A stretch of DNA of 64,000 nt from Eledone cirrhosa (GCA_964016885.1 CAXHJY010001274.1:90941-154940); one strand, 5' to 3'. Counted from the first letter of the stretch, positions 1 through 12,736 are shown. Notes: generated from the letters alone by a model not told the origin. Program-made: numbers and translations.

Positions 1-199
1 CCTCAGAATGAAAAATCCTGGTTTGTTTATTGAATATGGATTCTAAAAACAAAAATGCAATCTATATGAAAGTGAGGCTGGAAAAGGGAGAAGGAAAGGA
101 AAAATAAAATAAAATAAAACTACACATGCAAACACACACAAAAAAACACAAAAGCATACTTACACACACACACATATATACACATATAATTTGCACGCA

Positions 200-214
200 T
201 ACACATATACACAT

Positions 215-278
<64 letters not shown>

Positions 279-335
279 GCGTACACCTACACACACACAT
301 ACACATATATACACACATATACACATACATATATT

Positions 336-379
<44 letters not shown>

Positions 380-552
380 TATATATACACATGTACATAT
401 CCATACATATATATATATATATATATACATACATATACACATATATACACATATACATACACACACACACACACACACACACATGTGTGTGTACAAGCCT
501 ACACATACACACACACATATATATACACACACATATACATACATTCACACAA

Positions 553-600
<48 letters not shown>
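200..600. repeat. (TA)n/(CA)n compound microsatellite
   Basis: Direct reading; source of the YIYI/THTH ORFs. Confidence 0.95.
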
Positions 601-602
<2 letters not shown>

Positions 603-656
603 AGTAAGTATGTTTTGAAACAGTGAGCAGGTTTGAAATTAGAAATTAGAATAGCT

Positions 657-834
657 TTCACCGTATTTTTGACTAAAGGAATTTTAGACTGATAATCGTG
701 TTTAGAACCCTCAGATAAATGGAAAAAGATGAGTATTGACGTACATGTACGTCAATACTCATCTTTTTCCATTTATCTGAGGGTTCTAAACCCCATTATC
801 AGTCTAAAATTCCTTTAGTCAAAAATACGGTGAA
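657..834. repeat. Near-perfect spacerless palindrome (~89-bp arms)
   Basis: ttcaccgtatttttgactaaagg...gacgtac|atgtacgtc...cctttagtcaaaaatacggtgaa. Confidence 0.9.
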
Positions 835-854
835 TATATATATATGTACATAGT

Positions 855-1120
855 GAAGGTGCATGGCTTGCAATCGAAAGATTGTGACTTCAATTCTCGG
901 ACCGGGTGATGTGTTGTTTTCCTTAAGCAAGACACTTTATTTCACGTTGCTCCAGTTTACTCAGCTGAAAATGAGTACCAGCTACAGCTGGAGGTTTAAC
1001 CCTGCGATGGACTGGCGTCCTGTCCAGGGGGGAGTCTTGTACTCTCAGTCGCTTCACGCTATGAAACCGGGATAAGCACCGGCCAAATGAGCCGTCTGGC
1101 TTAAGACAGACTTTAGACTT
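855..1120 (+). mobile_element. tRNA-derived SINE (CORE/V-domain-like body, short ttagact tail)
   Basis: Head ggcttgcaatcgaaagattgtgacttcaattc and ccttaagcaagacacttt shared with copies at ~29240, ~52200 and ~63370; tgcgatggactggcgtcctgtccaggg resembles the V-SINE domain. Confidence 0.7.
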
Positions 1121-1130
1121 TAGATATATG

Positions 1131-1167
<37 letters not shown>

Positions 1168-1214
1168 CATAGAAAAAAGAGAATCAATGTTGCGACGAAA
1201 GGAATTTATTGGAC

Positions 1215-1303
1215 ATATTACAATTGTTTCTCGGGGGACCAGCTCGAAGCATGATCGATATGTTGATCAGACCTGACTCTGAAATCTCTCGGTCGTCAGA
1301 TAC
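1215..1303 (-). ncRNA. Type I hammerhead ribozyme motif (stem II decayed)
   Basis: Minus: gtat CTGACGA [long stem II] GAAA caattg TA atat; AATAAA follows. Confidence 0.6.
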
Positions 1304-1974
1304 GTCTCGATTCTACGAAGCAGATTTTCCAATAGTCCTTTAACATCGACTTTCTTCGTTTGTTGATTTAGATCCTGTTGTTGCCATTCCATGAGTGGTC
1401 AAGAATTGTACACGTCACCAGTATTTCTAGCCACTCATGGTTGCCCACTTCTTGATTCTTCTCGTTCTCCACCTGTCAATCAAAATTTCTTCCTGTATCA
1501 GAATTACTACTGTGGTGGGAGAGGGGCTGTAATCTTGAACGGCTGGCATCACTTCGAAGTCTTCATGCATCCTAGGGGCCTTAGTCTACATCGGTCAGGT
1601 ACACACCCGCAATTATGCTGTATGCGGCAGTCATAAATAATGTTTTGTGGGAATTTTTTTTTTTTTTAGACCATAGGGATATTTAGAGTAACATTTGTAG
1701 GACACAGCCTTAGGATACACTCCGCCATACATATTTCAAAAAGATGCTTCACAAGTATAAATTAAAATGAGAAACCAACCTCATATCTAAGTCACACATG
1801 TACAAACTCACCAGAAGAACGTTTCGCCATTTTAGTATATATATATATATATATATATACAAACACACACTAATTTAAGGTATCACAATATATATAATAC
1901 GTATGATGATTATGTGTTTCTCAATAGAAAAGCTCAGTGGACATTTGCCCAGAGCATGAATAATTCAAATTGAA

Positions 1975-2094
<120 letters not shown>

Positions 2095-2287
2095 GTATAT
2101 CAGAGGATTCGTCCTTGGATAAGTTCCAATAGAGTAGAGAGTAGTTTTATATATGTTAGGATCCGAGAGTTAGACCAAAACAATAGACAGCATGATGTGA
2201 GAACGTTTTAACTGTGGAGATAGATATAAATTTGTATTCTATACTCTATTGTACTCTATACTCTATTGGAACATATCCAACGATGAA

Positions 2288-2404
2288 TCCTCTGATGATT
2301 AGTTTCGCGTCTCCCGTAGTTTTACCAAAATCTGGTAATTGATAGTCGATTATTTAGATCGACTATCAATTACGGTTTACGAACTATGAAATGGTACCAT
2401 AAGT
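2288..2404 (+). ncRNA. Type I hammerhead motif with long stem II and weak stem I
   Basis: cct CTGATGA tagtttcg..(16-bp hairpin gtaattgatagtcgat/atcgactatcaattac)..cgaacta t GAAA tggtacca TA ag; 2098-2140 is an inverted copy of 2250-2296. Confidence 0.6.
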
Positions 2405-2507
2405 AAATGAGAACTTTTCCACCTTAAAGTACGTATTTTTTCCTAAATATTATGTGCTATAAATATGTAGAAAATACCATGTTGTTCTCAAACGATATAT
2501 GGCTTTT

Positions 2508-2539
<32 letters not shown>

Positions 2540-2572
2540 CACACACATATATCTTTTAATTTGAAATTATAT

Positions 2573-2618
<46 letters not shown>

Positions 2619-2832
2619 TTCTTTATTTACCATAAAGGCATAAAAAGAAGGGACAAATACAAAGGGGGAGTTTACATATAATCGAGTAAAAAGGGTGTAA
2701 CATGAAAATAATCGAAAATAACCTCAAAAGGGAGGGGACGTGATGGGGGTTGCACACACCCCCGAAAAAGTGTGCAATCCTTTGCCCGGGGAGCACATGG
2801 AGAAGGTGCTCCCCTCTCCTTTACTTCTTTAC

Positions 2833-5800
2833 CTACAGGATGGTATACAGAGAAGGCCCATTTACACGAGCCATTCTCGCCACTATCACCCACCTTTCAT
2901 AAAACTGCCTGTGGCCAAGCACCTCTCTCTCCATTCTTATCCTTCTTCCGAAGTGATATCGGAAGAAGTAGACCAGACTATGGCCAGAGAGGAAGTTGCC
3001 TGACCTCAGACCTTTCAATCGTGTCCACCAAACAACCTCTTTCAACATGGCTATTACGCACAGAAAAACCGCCTTTGCTTCCTTTGTGAAGAGGGGAGGC
3101 GGTTTGATTGTCATCACGGACTCGGCGGTCAATTTAATCGGCGCCACCCGCGACAGCAGTTGTTCGGCGTAGCCCCACAGATCAGCCACGCCCGGACATT
3201 GCACCAATGCGTGCGCTACGGTTTCTTCGTGACGCACGCATCTAGGGCAAATCTTTTTTGAGGGATCCCTGCCCGGGCGCCCGTGTCTGTAGAGCCTCTC
3301 TCGAACGGGTAGAGCCCCTCGGTAGCACTGCCAGGCCAGTGACTTCTGGAAGTTGTCCATTGGTCCTGGGCCGAAAGTCCTACCGAACAGGCTGGCCAGT
3401 TCGTCTTCTTCCATGTCCAGCGACTCTCCAAGGGTGTCATCGCCCCTGCTAGCCACCAGCTCTCTATAGAATGATGAGGTGGATTCTCCACCGATGGCCC
3501 GGCCCGCTTGCCAGAGAGCCCTGAGCGCCTGAGCACACTCAGTGTGCCAGTCTCCCAGTTTTCCGGATCTTTGCTTGACCCAGGACTGTAGCTCGGTGAG
3601 TGAGACGAGTCTCGGAAAGGCTCGTTTCACGAACGGAGCCCACACCGGTTGACCAGTGAGGAATACCTGTAGGTGCCGTAGCCTTAATGCGTGCCTACGC
3701 ATCATCAACCACGGCATCCCCAGCCCTCCTTTCGAAGGTTGTTGGCAGCAGATGGATCTTCTCACCATAGGAGGACGCTTCTTCCAAAGAAATTGGAAGA
3801 GCATGCGTTCCATGGTGGTGAGTGTTTCCTTAGGGCAAGGCACGACAGTCAGGCGGTAGTAAGTGACGGACGCTATGTAAATGTTCGCCACCTCCGCCCG
3901 GCCTTTTAGGGACAGCTTACACTTGGCCCATTTCTGGGTTAGTGCAAACACCTTGTTCGTAACCTCGTTCCAGTTCTTTTCCACCTGGAGGTCCGGTCCA
4001 AACCAGACCCCAAGCAACTTTACCGGGCCCTCCGTCCAGTGTCCGACGACACCGTCAGGAGGCATCGGTTTGCCTCTCCACGTTCCGAGTTGCAGCCCGA
4101 TGGATTTTTCCCGGTTCAGTTTCGCTCCTGACAACCTTTCGTACTCCTCCAGTAAGGTACCGATCGCCTCGATCTCCGAGTCGGTTGATACCATTACTGT
4201 TACGTCATCGGCGTAGGCCGACACCGCTTTGCTCAATCCTGGTTCCAGGGGGATACCCTGCAACAACTCCAACTTCCTCAGTAAAGGCTCGAGAGTCAAT
4301 ACGTACAGAAGGGAGGAGAGAGGGCACCCCTGTCGAATGGATCGTGTGATTTCGAACGGCTTCGAAAGGTAGCCGTTCACCTTGATCCTAGAACAGATGT
4401 GGTTGCTATGTAGGGCAGTGAAAACAGGACCGAACCCAGCCGCCGCTAGCACCGCATCCAGGTAACCATGGTCGACCCTATCGAAGGCCTTAGACTGATC
4501 CAAGTTGATCAGGGCCCCACCGAAGCCGGGTTTGTTGCCAACCCTCTCTATGATGTATCGCATGAGGTGGAGGTTATCGTGAATGGACCTGGATGGGATA
4601 GCACATGTCTGCGCATCTCCCACCAGGCCACCCACGACAAGCGCCAACCTCTTTGCTAACACCTTGGCCAAAATCTTTAACTCTGTGTTTAGCAGGGTTA
4701 TGGGCCGAAAATTATTTATACTATCCCCCTTTTTCTCGTCCTTCCTCACCAGCGTGACTACGCCCTTGGCTACAGAACAAGGAATTCTCCCGTTCTGCTG
4801 CCAATTGCAGTAGACCGCTTCGAGGAGTTCGGAGAAGAAGACCGGCATTGCTAAATAAAGTTCGTAAGGTATACCATCGAGACCTGGAGATTTGCGTCTG
4901 CTGCATTGGCTCAGCGCATCTCCGATCTCATCAGCCGAGATTGGTCCCTCGCAGGACTCTGCCTCTTTGTTCGAGAGACGCGGCAGGCCGTCGAGGTATG
5001 GACAGAAATCCACGCCCCGGCCCGGACCCTCGCCTCCCCCGAACAATCGGGCAAAGTGCTTTTGAAAGGCCTCGCACATCTGCTTAGGCTCCCGGATCAC
5101 TCGTCCATCTTCGTCTTGCAACGACCGGATGGTGGATCGATTTCCACTTTTAGCTTCTGTCACGCGGGCCCATCCAACGGCTTTGGCCCCCTCATTACCT
5201 AGAGCACGTATTTTACTTCGAATGACGCAGCCTTCATGCTTTGCATCGAAAAACTGGTTCAAGGCCGTCCTCGATGCCAGCACTCTAGCCACATCTTCGC
5301 TCTTGATTGCCTCTTCTAATTTACCTGTTAATTCTTTCTCGTTTCTATTCCTATTGGCAGCTAACATCTTGCTATAACTTATTGATTCTGTTCTAATCTC
5401 TCTTTTGAGAGATGCCCACCATCGGTTGTTGACGATTGCACCCGTCAACCTCTCCTTAACTAATCTGCTAATCCGGTTTCTGTAAGTCTCTTTTGCCGGT
5501 AAAGACAAATTAAGTTTCCAGTAACCGGGACCCTGTCTATGTGTTTTCTCGAGATTGACCACGCAGGTCACTAATTTGTGATCCGTGTAGCCAACCGTGC
5601 GCATTTCTGGACAGCTTAATATGTCCCTATCCTTACTTCTAACTAAGAATCTATCTAAGTACGATCTAGATTGACCACTGTGGTTTCTCCAAGTCCAGGT
5701 AGGCACAGTTGGAAAATCTAGTCGATATCTATCGACCAAGTTAAAACGGTCGAGTAACCCCTTGAGGCTGTTACACCCCCCTCTATTAGGACATGCTCCT

Positions 5801-6258
5801 GCATAGTCCCAACGTGCATCTAAGATGTCATTCCAATCCCCCGCTAGAAGCAGGGAACGCGACGTTCCCAGAAAAGTCTCCAAACGCTGGAAGAAGTCGG
5901 GCCGTTCAGCTCCGAAAGGGGAGTAGACGGCGACCAGTCTCAAGGCCGCACTTTCACTACTGCCAACGTCTAGCACCAACAAACGACCCTCCGGGTCCGA
6001 GTGCACAACCTGTACGGCAAGACCCAGGTGTTTTTGCAGCAGCACGACAACCCCACCCCCACCTCCAGGTTGACAGAGAGATGCATGCACCTCAAAGTCA
6101 TCGAAGGTGGGGGCCAGCTGCCGCATGACGCTGATTCGAGTCTCACAGATAACCATTACATTTATACTACATGACCTGAGGTCATTTAGAAGCTTTGCTT
6201 GCTTCCAAGTTGAGCCCAGGCCACGTGCATTCAAACATCCTACTCTTAACACATCCAT
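2833..6258 (-). CDS. ORF2: APE endonuclease, reverse transcriptase, C-terminal zinc finger (1141 aa)
   Basis: LNARGL, GDWN, SYLDRF, TDHK (APE); KSPGLDG, FRPITLLN, LDQSKAFDRV, IRQGCPLS, YADD (RT); CPRC...HALVQC. Confidence 0.96.
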   Translation of the reverse strand: MDVLRVGCLNARGLGSTWKQAKLLNDLRSCSINVMVICETRISVMRQLAPTFDDFEVHASLCQPGGGGGVVVLLQKHLGLAVQVVHSDPEGRLLVLDVGSSESAALRLVAVYSPFGAERPDFFQRLETFLGTSRSLLLAGDWNDILDARWDYAGACPNRGGCNSLKGLLDRFNLVDRYRLDFPTVPTWTWRNHSGQSRSYLDRFLVRSKDRDILSCPEMRTVGYTDHKLVTCVVNLEKTHRQGPGYWKLNLSLPAKETYRNRISRLVKERLTGAIVNNRWWASLKREIRTESISYSKMLAANRNRNEKELTGKLEEAIKSEDVARVLASRTALNQFFDAKHEGCVIRSKIRALGNEGAKAVGWARVTEAKSGNRSTIRSLQDEDGRVIREPKQMCEAFQKHFARLFGGGEGPGRGVDFCPYLDGLPRLSNKEAESCEGPISADEIGDALSQCSRRKSPGLDGIPYELYLAMPVFFSELLEAVYCNWQQNGRIPCSVAKGVVTLVRKDEKKGDSINNFRPITLLNTELKILAKVLAKRLALVVGGLVGDAQTCAIPSRSIHDNLHLMRYIIERVGNKPGFGGALINLDQSKAFDRVDHGYLDAVLAAAGFGPVFTALHSNHICSRIKVNGYLSKPFEITRSIRQGCPLSSLLYVLTLEPLLRKLELLQGIPLEPGLSKAVSAYADDVTVMVSTDSEIEAIGTLLEEYERLSGAKLNREKSIGLQLGTWRGKPMPPDGVVGHWTEGPVKLLGVWFGPDLQVEKNWNEVTNKVFALTQKWAKCKLSLKGRAEVANIYIASVTYYRLTVVPCPKETLTTMERMLFQFLWKKRPPMVRRSICCQQPSKGGLGMPWLMMRRHALRLRHLQVFLTGQPVWAPFVKRAFPRLVSLTELQSWVKQRSGKLGDWHTECAQALRALWQAGRAIGGESTSSFYRELVASRGDDTLGESLDMEEDELASLFGRTFGPGPMDNFQKSLAWQCYRGALPVRERLYRHGRPGRDPSKKICPRCVRHEETVAHALVQCPGVADLWGYAEQLLSRVAPIKLTAESVMTIKPPPLFTKEAKAVFLCVIAMLKEVVWWTRLKGLRSGNFLSGHSLVYFFRYHFGRRIRMEREVLGHRQFYERWVIVARMARVNGPSLYTIL

Positions 6259-6291
6259 GTGGGCGGCAGAGCCAAAGGAGAGTGTAGAGAC

Positions 6292-8019
6292 CTACCTTTC
6301 CGCTTCCCGGGGTTCGGGTTGCACGACTTCCATGGGGTCGGGGGTGTTGGGTGAAGGGGTGTCTTGTGGTGGTGTGGGGTCGTCGGTGTGTGGTGGGGTT
6401 GGGGTGTTTGGAGTTGTGTTGGGGAGGGGAAGGGGAGGGGGAAAGCTTTTTAGTAGGACGCGGTTTATGGGTTTGACAGAGGGTGGTGCTACGTCCTCCT
6501 TAAAATCCTTTTTTAGTTTTTGGTAGAGGTTCATTGGGATTTTTATTAGTTTTAAATGTGGGTGGTTTTCTGATGAAACAAAGTTTACACCTTCGGTTTG
6601 TACCGAAGGATTATTGTATATGAGTTCATTTAATTTATTATTGTTTCTGTTGATGTAAGTATAGTGTAATGTCTTTTTTTCCGATGGTGTGAGTGTTTCG
6701 AAGAGGGGAGGGGCAGGTTTGGTTTTGTTTGTTGCTGGAGGGGTGTTTTCTGTTTTGTTAGATTGTGTTGCGATTTGGGTGGGGGTTGTTTGTCCTTGTG
6801 TGTTTTGCACATGTTTTCTTTTTTTCCTTTTAATCTGTCTGAAGGACTCCGTTTCTTCCTCCGAATTCGTTGGGTTATCTTCAGTGTTGGAGGGAAGAGG
6901 TATGTTTGCTGGTAATGTTTCCGTGTTGGTTTTCTTTGTGGGGGAGATGGATGTCACTATGTTAGACTGTGTTGTGTGTTGTGTCTGCGGTGGTTGTGTT
7001 GTTTTATTGAGTGAGAGGTTGGGTGGGCCTGTATTTTGTTTTGGGGTAATGTGTTGTGACTGTTTGTGTTGTGGTGGTGTTGTGGTGTTACTGAGGGACG
7101 GGTTGGGTGGGACTGAGTTTTGTTGTTTGTTTATCTGTTGTGGTGGTGGTGGTGGAGCTGGTGTTGGTAGCAGGGTTTTCTTTTTGTTGAGTTGGGGACA
7201 AGCGGCCTTCAGGTGCCCTCTGCCTGCACAGATATGGCAGGACGGCCTTCTCCCCTCCACGCTAATGTTTATATACCCGTGGTCCTCTAATAGGATTCTG
7301 TCGGGTATTTGGGCGATGCGTTCAGGCTTCATTTGTACTACCAGCTCTATACCTGTTCCACTGAACGCATTGCCTGTGGTTTTCCCAATGGAAATCACGT
7401 TGTCATTCACTGGATCGATGAAGCCAGCTATGAGCCAGCAGTAGTCCACATCTGGCATCATTGCATCCAGCCATATGCGTTGAGTTTTTTTTCCCATATA
7501 AGATGGATAAAAGGTGAAATTTTTCGAACGAATCGGTGACAAAGCACATTTTTTTGCCGCCGATTCGTTCTTCATGATAATTGCTAGGCTTCCATACAGT
7601 CTGTCTTTTCTTATGAAAGTTGTTTCATTCAGTACTTCTGCGAGTACTGTTTTGATATCTGCTTGAGAAGGCTGTTCAGGTTTTTTTGTACTGTTGTTGA
7701 TGGTCCGAAACTTGACCGTTCGGCTTTCAATGTCTTTCGTGAATTCTTGAGGCATTTTTACCAATAAAATACCATTCTCACCTTCACTTATGTATTGTTT
7801 TGCGTCCGTGATCCTTCGTACCACATCTGAAATGTTTTCCGCTATATAAGTCAAAGATTTCTTTGTTTTCTGTGCAAATGAAATCCTGTCGTCTGCTTTG
7901 TTTTCTGATATGATGTTATTTTCAACTGTTATTTTTTTGTTTGTTGTGTCTTTGTTTGTGTTATTAGTATTGTCATGCAATTTTTCAAATTTTTTTTTTT
8001 TTTTCGTTGTTTTCGTCAT
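6292..8019 (-). CDS. ORF1 gag-like protein with CCHC zinc knuckle and Pro/Thr/Gln-rich tail
   Basis: CHICAGRGHLKAAC; directly upstream of ORF2; homologous to pieces in copy B. True start may be 8173 across a poly-A frameshift at ~7990-8004. Confidence 0.88.
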   Translation of the reverse strand: MTKTTKKKKKFEKLHDNTNNTNKDTTNKKITVENNIISENKADDRISFAQKTKKSLTYIAENISDVVRRITDAKQYISEGENGILLVKMPQEFTKDIESRTVKFRTINNSTKKPEQPSQADIKTVLAEVLNETTFIRKDRLYGSLAIIMKNESAAKKCALSPIRSKNFTFYPSYMGKKTQRIWLDAMMPDVDYCWLIAGFIDPVNDNVISIGKTTGNAFSGTGIELVVQMKPERIAQIPDRILLEDHGYINISVEGRRPSCHICAGRGHLKAACPQLNKKKTLLPTPAPPPPPQQINKQQNSVPPNPSLSNTTTPPQHKQSQHITPKQNTGPPNLSLNKTTQPPQTQHTTQSNIVTSISPTKKTNTETLPANIPLPSNTEDNPTNSEEETESFRQIKRKKRKHVQNTQGQTTPTQIATQSNKTENTPPATNKTKPAPPLFETLTPSEKKTLHYTYINRNNNKLNELIYNNPSVQTEGVNFVSSENHPHLKLIKIPMNLYQKLKKDFKEDVAPPSVKPINRVLLKSFPPPLPLPNTTPNTPTPPHTDDPTPPQDTPSPNTPDPMEVVQPEPREAER

Positions 8020-8406
8020 TTAATTTTTTCTCCGCAGATTCGTCCGTTTTTATTTTCATTTTTCCTTCCTTCTCTATGACGTTAGTTGGGAAGGAAGGGA
8101 GGACTAAAGCGTGCGAGCTTACAACTCTTACCGCTGTCCCCCCACCACTATTTTCGTTCGCTGCGTTTAACATTTCTGTTAGACGATTGAAATTTTTTAC
8201 ACAAAATTTTTTTTAAAACAGGTTTTTCACCTCTAGGAGGGGTAAAGATGAGCTGACCCACCGCCTGACAGTTCAGACGGAGGGTCAAGCTACACAATTG
8301 TATCAAAATTAAGTTTGAACTCACAAAATTTCCTCAATAAATTTGAACAAAACTTCTGTGCGAAGTGAATGACATCCACACTGTAGAACAGACGACAGCT
8401 AGATTG

Positions 8407-8482
<76 letters not shown>

Positions 8483-8622
8483 TAGATATAGATATCTATA
8501 TCTATATATGGATGTATACATTGATATGTGTAAATGTAGGTATGTGCTTCTGTGTATGACTATGTGTTTATTTATATCTGTATATGTATGTATGTATATA
8601 TATTTATATATATACATATATA

Positions 8623-8773
8623 TAGGAAAATCTTTAACCCCGACGGCAGAGTTTCGACGGCTATTTCTAGACTCGGGGTTAAACATTTTCCTATTACCCA
8701 CTCTACTACCCTAAATATTGAGTACTCTGGTGCGTTATGGTCCATCTAGTTCCTTACCACACTTCCTTCGTTA
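8623..8773. mobile_element. Short fold-back fragment of the Penelope pLTR family in TA-rich flanks
   Basis: cctattacccactctactaccctaaatattgagtactctggtgcgttatggtcc matches 56105-56188. Confidence 0.85.
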
Positions 8774-8791
8774 CATATATATATATATAAT

Positions 8792-8912
8792 CTCCCTGGA
8801 TTTCACTAAATTCTGTTGGATAAATCTATATCCTGATTCTTTTTGAATTGAGTTTGAATTATTTTTCCCACATCTTACGTTAACTATTTTCCCATTTTGA
8901 CGCTATAGTCAC
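8792..8912. repeat. Dispersed repeat, inverted copy at ~32551-32670
   Basis: tccctggatttcactaaattctg...tttgacgctatagtcac is the reverse complement of 32551-32670. Confidence 0.8.
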
Positions 8913-8966
8913 TTATATATTATGGAATACTGTTGGCTTCTTGCTACAATACTTTCTATACCTTTC

Positions 8967-9018
<52 letters not shown>

Positions 9019-9061
9019 ATGATATTAATAAATGGAAACTATATTTATAAAACCATATTTA

Positions 9062-9118
9062 TTCTATTATATATATTTCAAGAGTACCAAAACGTTGGTA
9101 CGCTCTCATCAGATAAAA
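9062..9118 (-). ncRNA. Type I hammerhead ribozyme motif
   Basis: Minus: tttat CTGATGA gagcgtaccaacgttttggtactctt GAAA tatata TA ataga; same family as 59071-59351. Confidence 0.75.
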
Positions 9119-9281
9119 TACGGAGTTTGTTTTATAAATATTGACATATCCAGGAATGAGAACTTAACGGTTCAAGTTTTACCTGGATAGTGTTATAATC
9201 TGTTACAAATATATATATTTGTTGAATTACCAACAAATTAAATATCCCTTTGCTTACCTTTTACATACATATATAATTCGG

Positions 9282-9336
9282 ACTGCCTGAAGAGGTCACA
9301 GCCAAAGATGGCTGTCACCGAAATATATATAGCAGT
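9282..9336 (+). ncRNA. Type I hammerhead ribozyme
   Basis: actgc CTGAAGA ggtcacagcca aaga tggctgtcacc GAAA tatata TA gcagt, then AATAAA; 5-bp stem I. Confidence 0.88.
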
Positions 9337-9483
9337 AATAAACGAAGCCAAATTTTTAACATTTGACTTATTTATTTTATTTTATTTTACATTACTCCGG
9401 AGTAACCAAACCAACCAACCTGCGCACTTCGTCGAGTGCTCCAATCTGCATACTAGGGTGTTGGTATACAACTAACATATACT

Positions 9484-9582
<99 letters not shown>

Positions 9583-9883
9583 TGCGCGTGTGTGTCCCAT
9601 TCTTTGGATCGACCTTTTCGGAAAATCTTTGGAACTTCTGTCAAAGTGACCGTTGGTCTGAAGTGAGTAAAGTGAAGCAAGTGACAGCTGTGGTATGTTG
9701 TGTTTACAGCAAGTCCAGTCAGGCATTCTCTCCTCCTACATCTCCTGCCTCCCTTTCCCTCCCAGTGACCTCATCTCTCACCGTAGATACTGTCCACTCA
9801 AACTAACTCACAGCTGAGTCATCTTCTTATATTGCTCTATCTCTTTATCACATCAAAACACGGAACAGTGCGGAAATATTTAA

Positions 9884-9996
<113 letters not shown>

Positions 9997-10080
9997 CAGT
10001 CCCACCGAATGGCTAAATAATGATGGCGACGACGATTACAAAGGCCGAACAAAAACATACTTCAATATACACACATTTAA

Positions 10081-10170
<90 letters not shown>

Positions 10171-10229
10171 GTGTGTTTGTATACAAATATATATGCATGT
10201 ATATACATAGGTATATATACATACATACA

Positions 10230-10262
<33 letters not shown>

Positions 10263-10630
10263 GTGCACATATCTGTTTCATTATTATTTATTTTATTTTA
10301 TTTGTATGTTTATACTCTATAACGACATCAATGAATCATATGATTGTTCAACCAAGTCTTTTTTTATGTAATTACAGCAGCATTCGCCATGTTGAAAATT
10401 ACAGGCACACATCAATAGAGGTGGGTTTCCACCACCCTAACAGGAAATAGAAGGTTAAAGCACTGCTAATTTATTTCAATGCTGGCCATCACCTAATAGT
10501 GTCCCCTGCACAACGGTCAGTGTGAATGGAAAAGGATATATCAAGATTAAAATACAATAAGAAGGTTTAAAATAAGTAAAAAAAAAAAAAAATAGACAGC
10601 ATAGAATATAACACAATGCACACACACACA

Positions 10631-10707
<77 letters not shown>

Positions 10708-10723
10708 GTGTGTGTGTGCACGT

Positions 10724-10783
<60 letters not shown>

Positions 10784-10881
10784 ATGTGTGCATGTGTGTG
10801 TGTGTGTGTGCATTGTTATATTCTATGGTGTCTATTTTTTTTTTTTTTTACTTATTTTAAATCTTTTTATTGTATTTTAAT

Positions 10882-10926
<45 letters not shown>

Positions 10927-10929
10927 TGT

Positions 10930-10977
<48 letters not shown>

Positions 10978-11106
10978 TGTTGCTATACATGGAAAAGGGT
11001 GAATGGAAATAGAGATAGCAATTTCCGTTACTGGTCATTTGTAAAACTACACAAACAAACACCAGACACAAACAAATACTCTTCTCACTGTCTCAGTATA
11101 TATATA

Positions 11107-11168
<62 letters not shown>

Positions 11169-11170
11169 CG

Positions 11171-11231
<61 letters not shown>

Positions 11232-11237
11232 GTATGT

Positions 11238-11302
<65 letters not shown>

Positions 11303-11953
11303 CACGCACACAAACATATATATATATATATAACTGTTTGTGCGTGAATGCGGGTATTGATCTAAATATCTATCTATCATTTTACATTATTTTTAATCTA
11401 TTTCTACATCTGCCGGAGATCAGTCAAGGGTAAACGATTAAGTAAGCTAAGAGATAGGTGAATGGACTGAAAGATAGATTGACAGACACGGAAACACAGA
11501 GTCAGAGAGACGGGAAGGCAGACAGACTGACAGATAGCCAGAATAGATAGATAAATAGAGAGAGAGAGAGAGAAAGAGACAGACGATTTTGTATTTTCTT
11601 TTGGCTTAGTCAAAGAAAGAATGACAGAGTTGATAACATCGACCTTTGTTGCAAGATACTTTCTAATCTACCGCCCCAGAACAAAGCCAGGCCATCCGAC
11701 TGATTTCCGCAAAATTTCCGATAATGTAGTCCTAGATATACTATGTCTCAAAAAAATGTACAGTCATTGCTGGAGCGCATATATGTTTTCCTGGATTTGC
11801 TAGATAAGGGTTGATCTGGTGTTAAACCAAAACAACTGCAATTTCCTGCATGACCTGAAGCTTTTGTAGAGGAAATCAGCTTAAAGTACTGCGAAATATG
11901 ATCGTCCCTGGAACTTCGCAGATATATCTAATGGCAAATCACACGGGAGATTG

Positions 11954-12019
<66 letters not shown>

Positions 12020-12020
12020 G

Positions 12021-12055
<35 letters not shown>

Positions 12056-12608
12056 GGAGTAAGAATAAATGAAATAGAGGCTGTGAAGAAGAGGGAGAGC
12101 GAATGTTTGGTAGATAGCGAAGCAGGTTGTACAGACAAAACAAACTGCCTGACGGTTTGAGTTGTTGCTTATTTTCTATATCAGCTCTGATGAAGCCGAA
12201 AACCTATGTTTTGGGGATTTCCGGTCATGCCCCTACTATATTGTTTTCTGCAATACGGTATACAGAACTACGTCATTCGACCACATGGAACGTAACAGTT
12301 CGACACGGATAGAAAGTCTGCTTAACACCGTGACAGATGTAGAAGGAAGACCAGTAAAATGTAAAGATATCGCATTGTTAATTTTCAATGAAAAACAAAT
12401 AGATCATGTCAACGTTCGCAGACAGACATTAAAATAAAAGCTAAAGAAACAAATATTATCAGTGTATTTCCCTATTCTATCTATGTACTTAACGTGTCTA
12501 TCTATTTATCTCTGCATTTAACAATTTTTGTATCTATCTATGCATCTATCATACAATTTATGTGTGTAAATCTGCGCATGTTTTTGTGTGTTATATATAT
12601 ATATGCAC

Positions 12609-12736
<128 letters not shown>

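Larger units (their letters stand above)
2619..8399 (-). mobile_element. Full-length Tx1/L1-clade non-LTR retrotransposon, copy A, in (GATA)n
   Basis: ORF1 + ORF2, 5' and 3' UTRs, AATAAA near the 3' end; (GATA)n at 2574-2618 and 8400-8483. Confidence 0.95.

Noticed and set aside
2740-7539. Plus-strand ORFs overlapping Tx1 copy A (e.g. 6689-7444)
   Set aside because: Antisense shadows of retrotransposon coding sequence with no domain motifs
12183-12325. Hammerhead candidate starting agct CTGATGA
   Set aside because: No GAAA-stem III-UH with a matching stem I could be found
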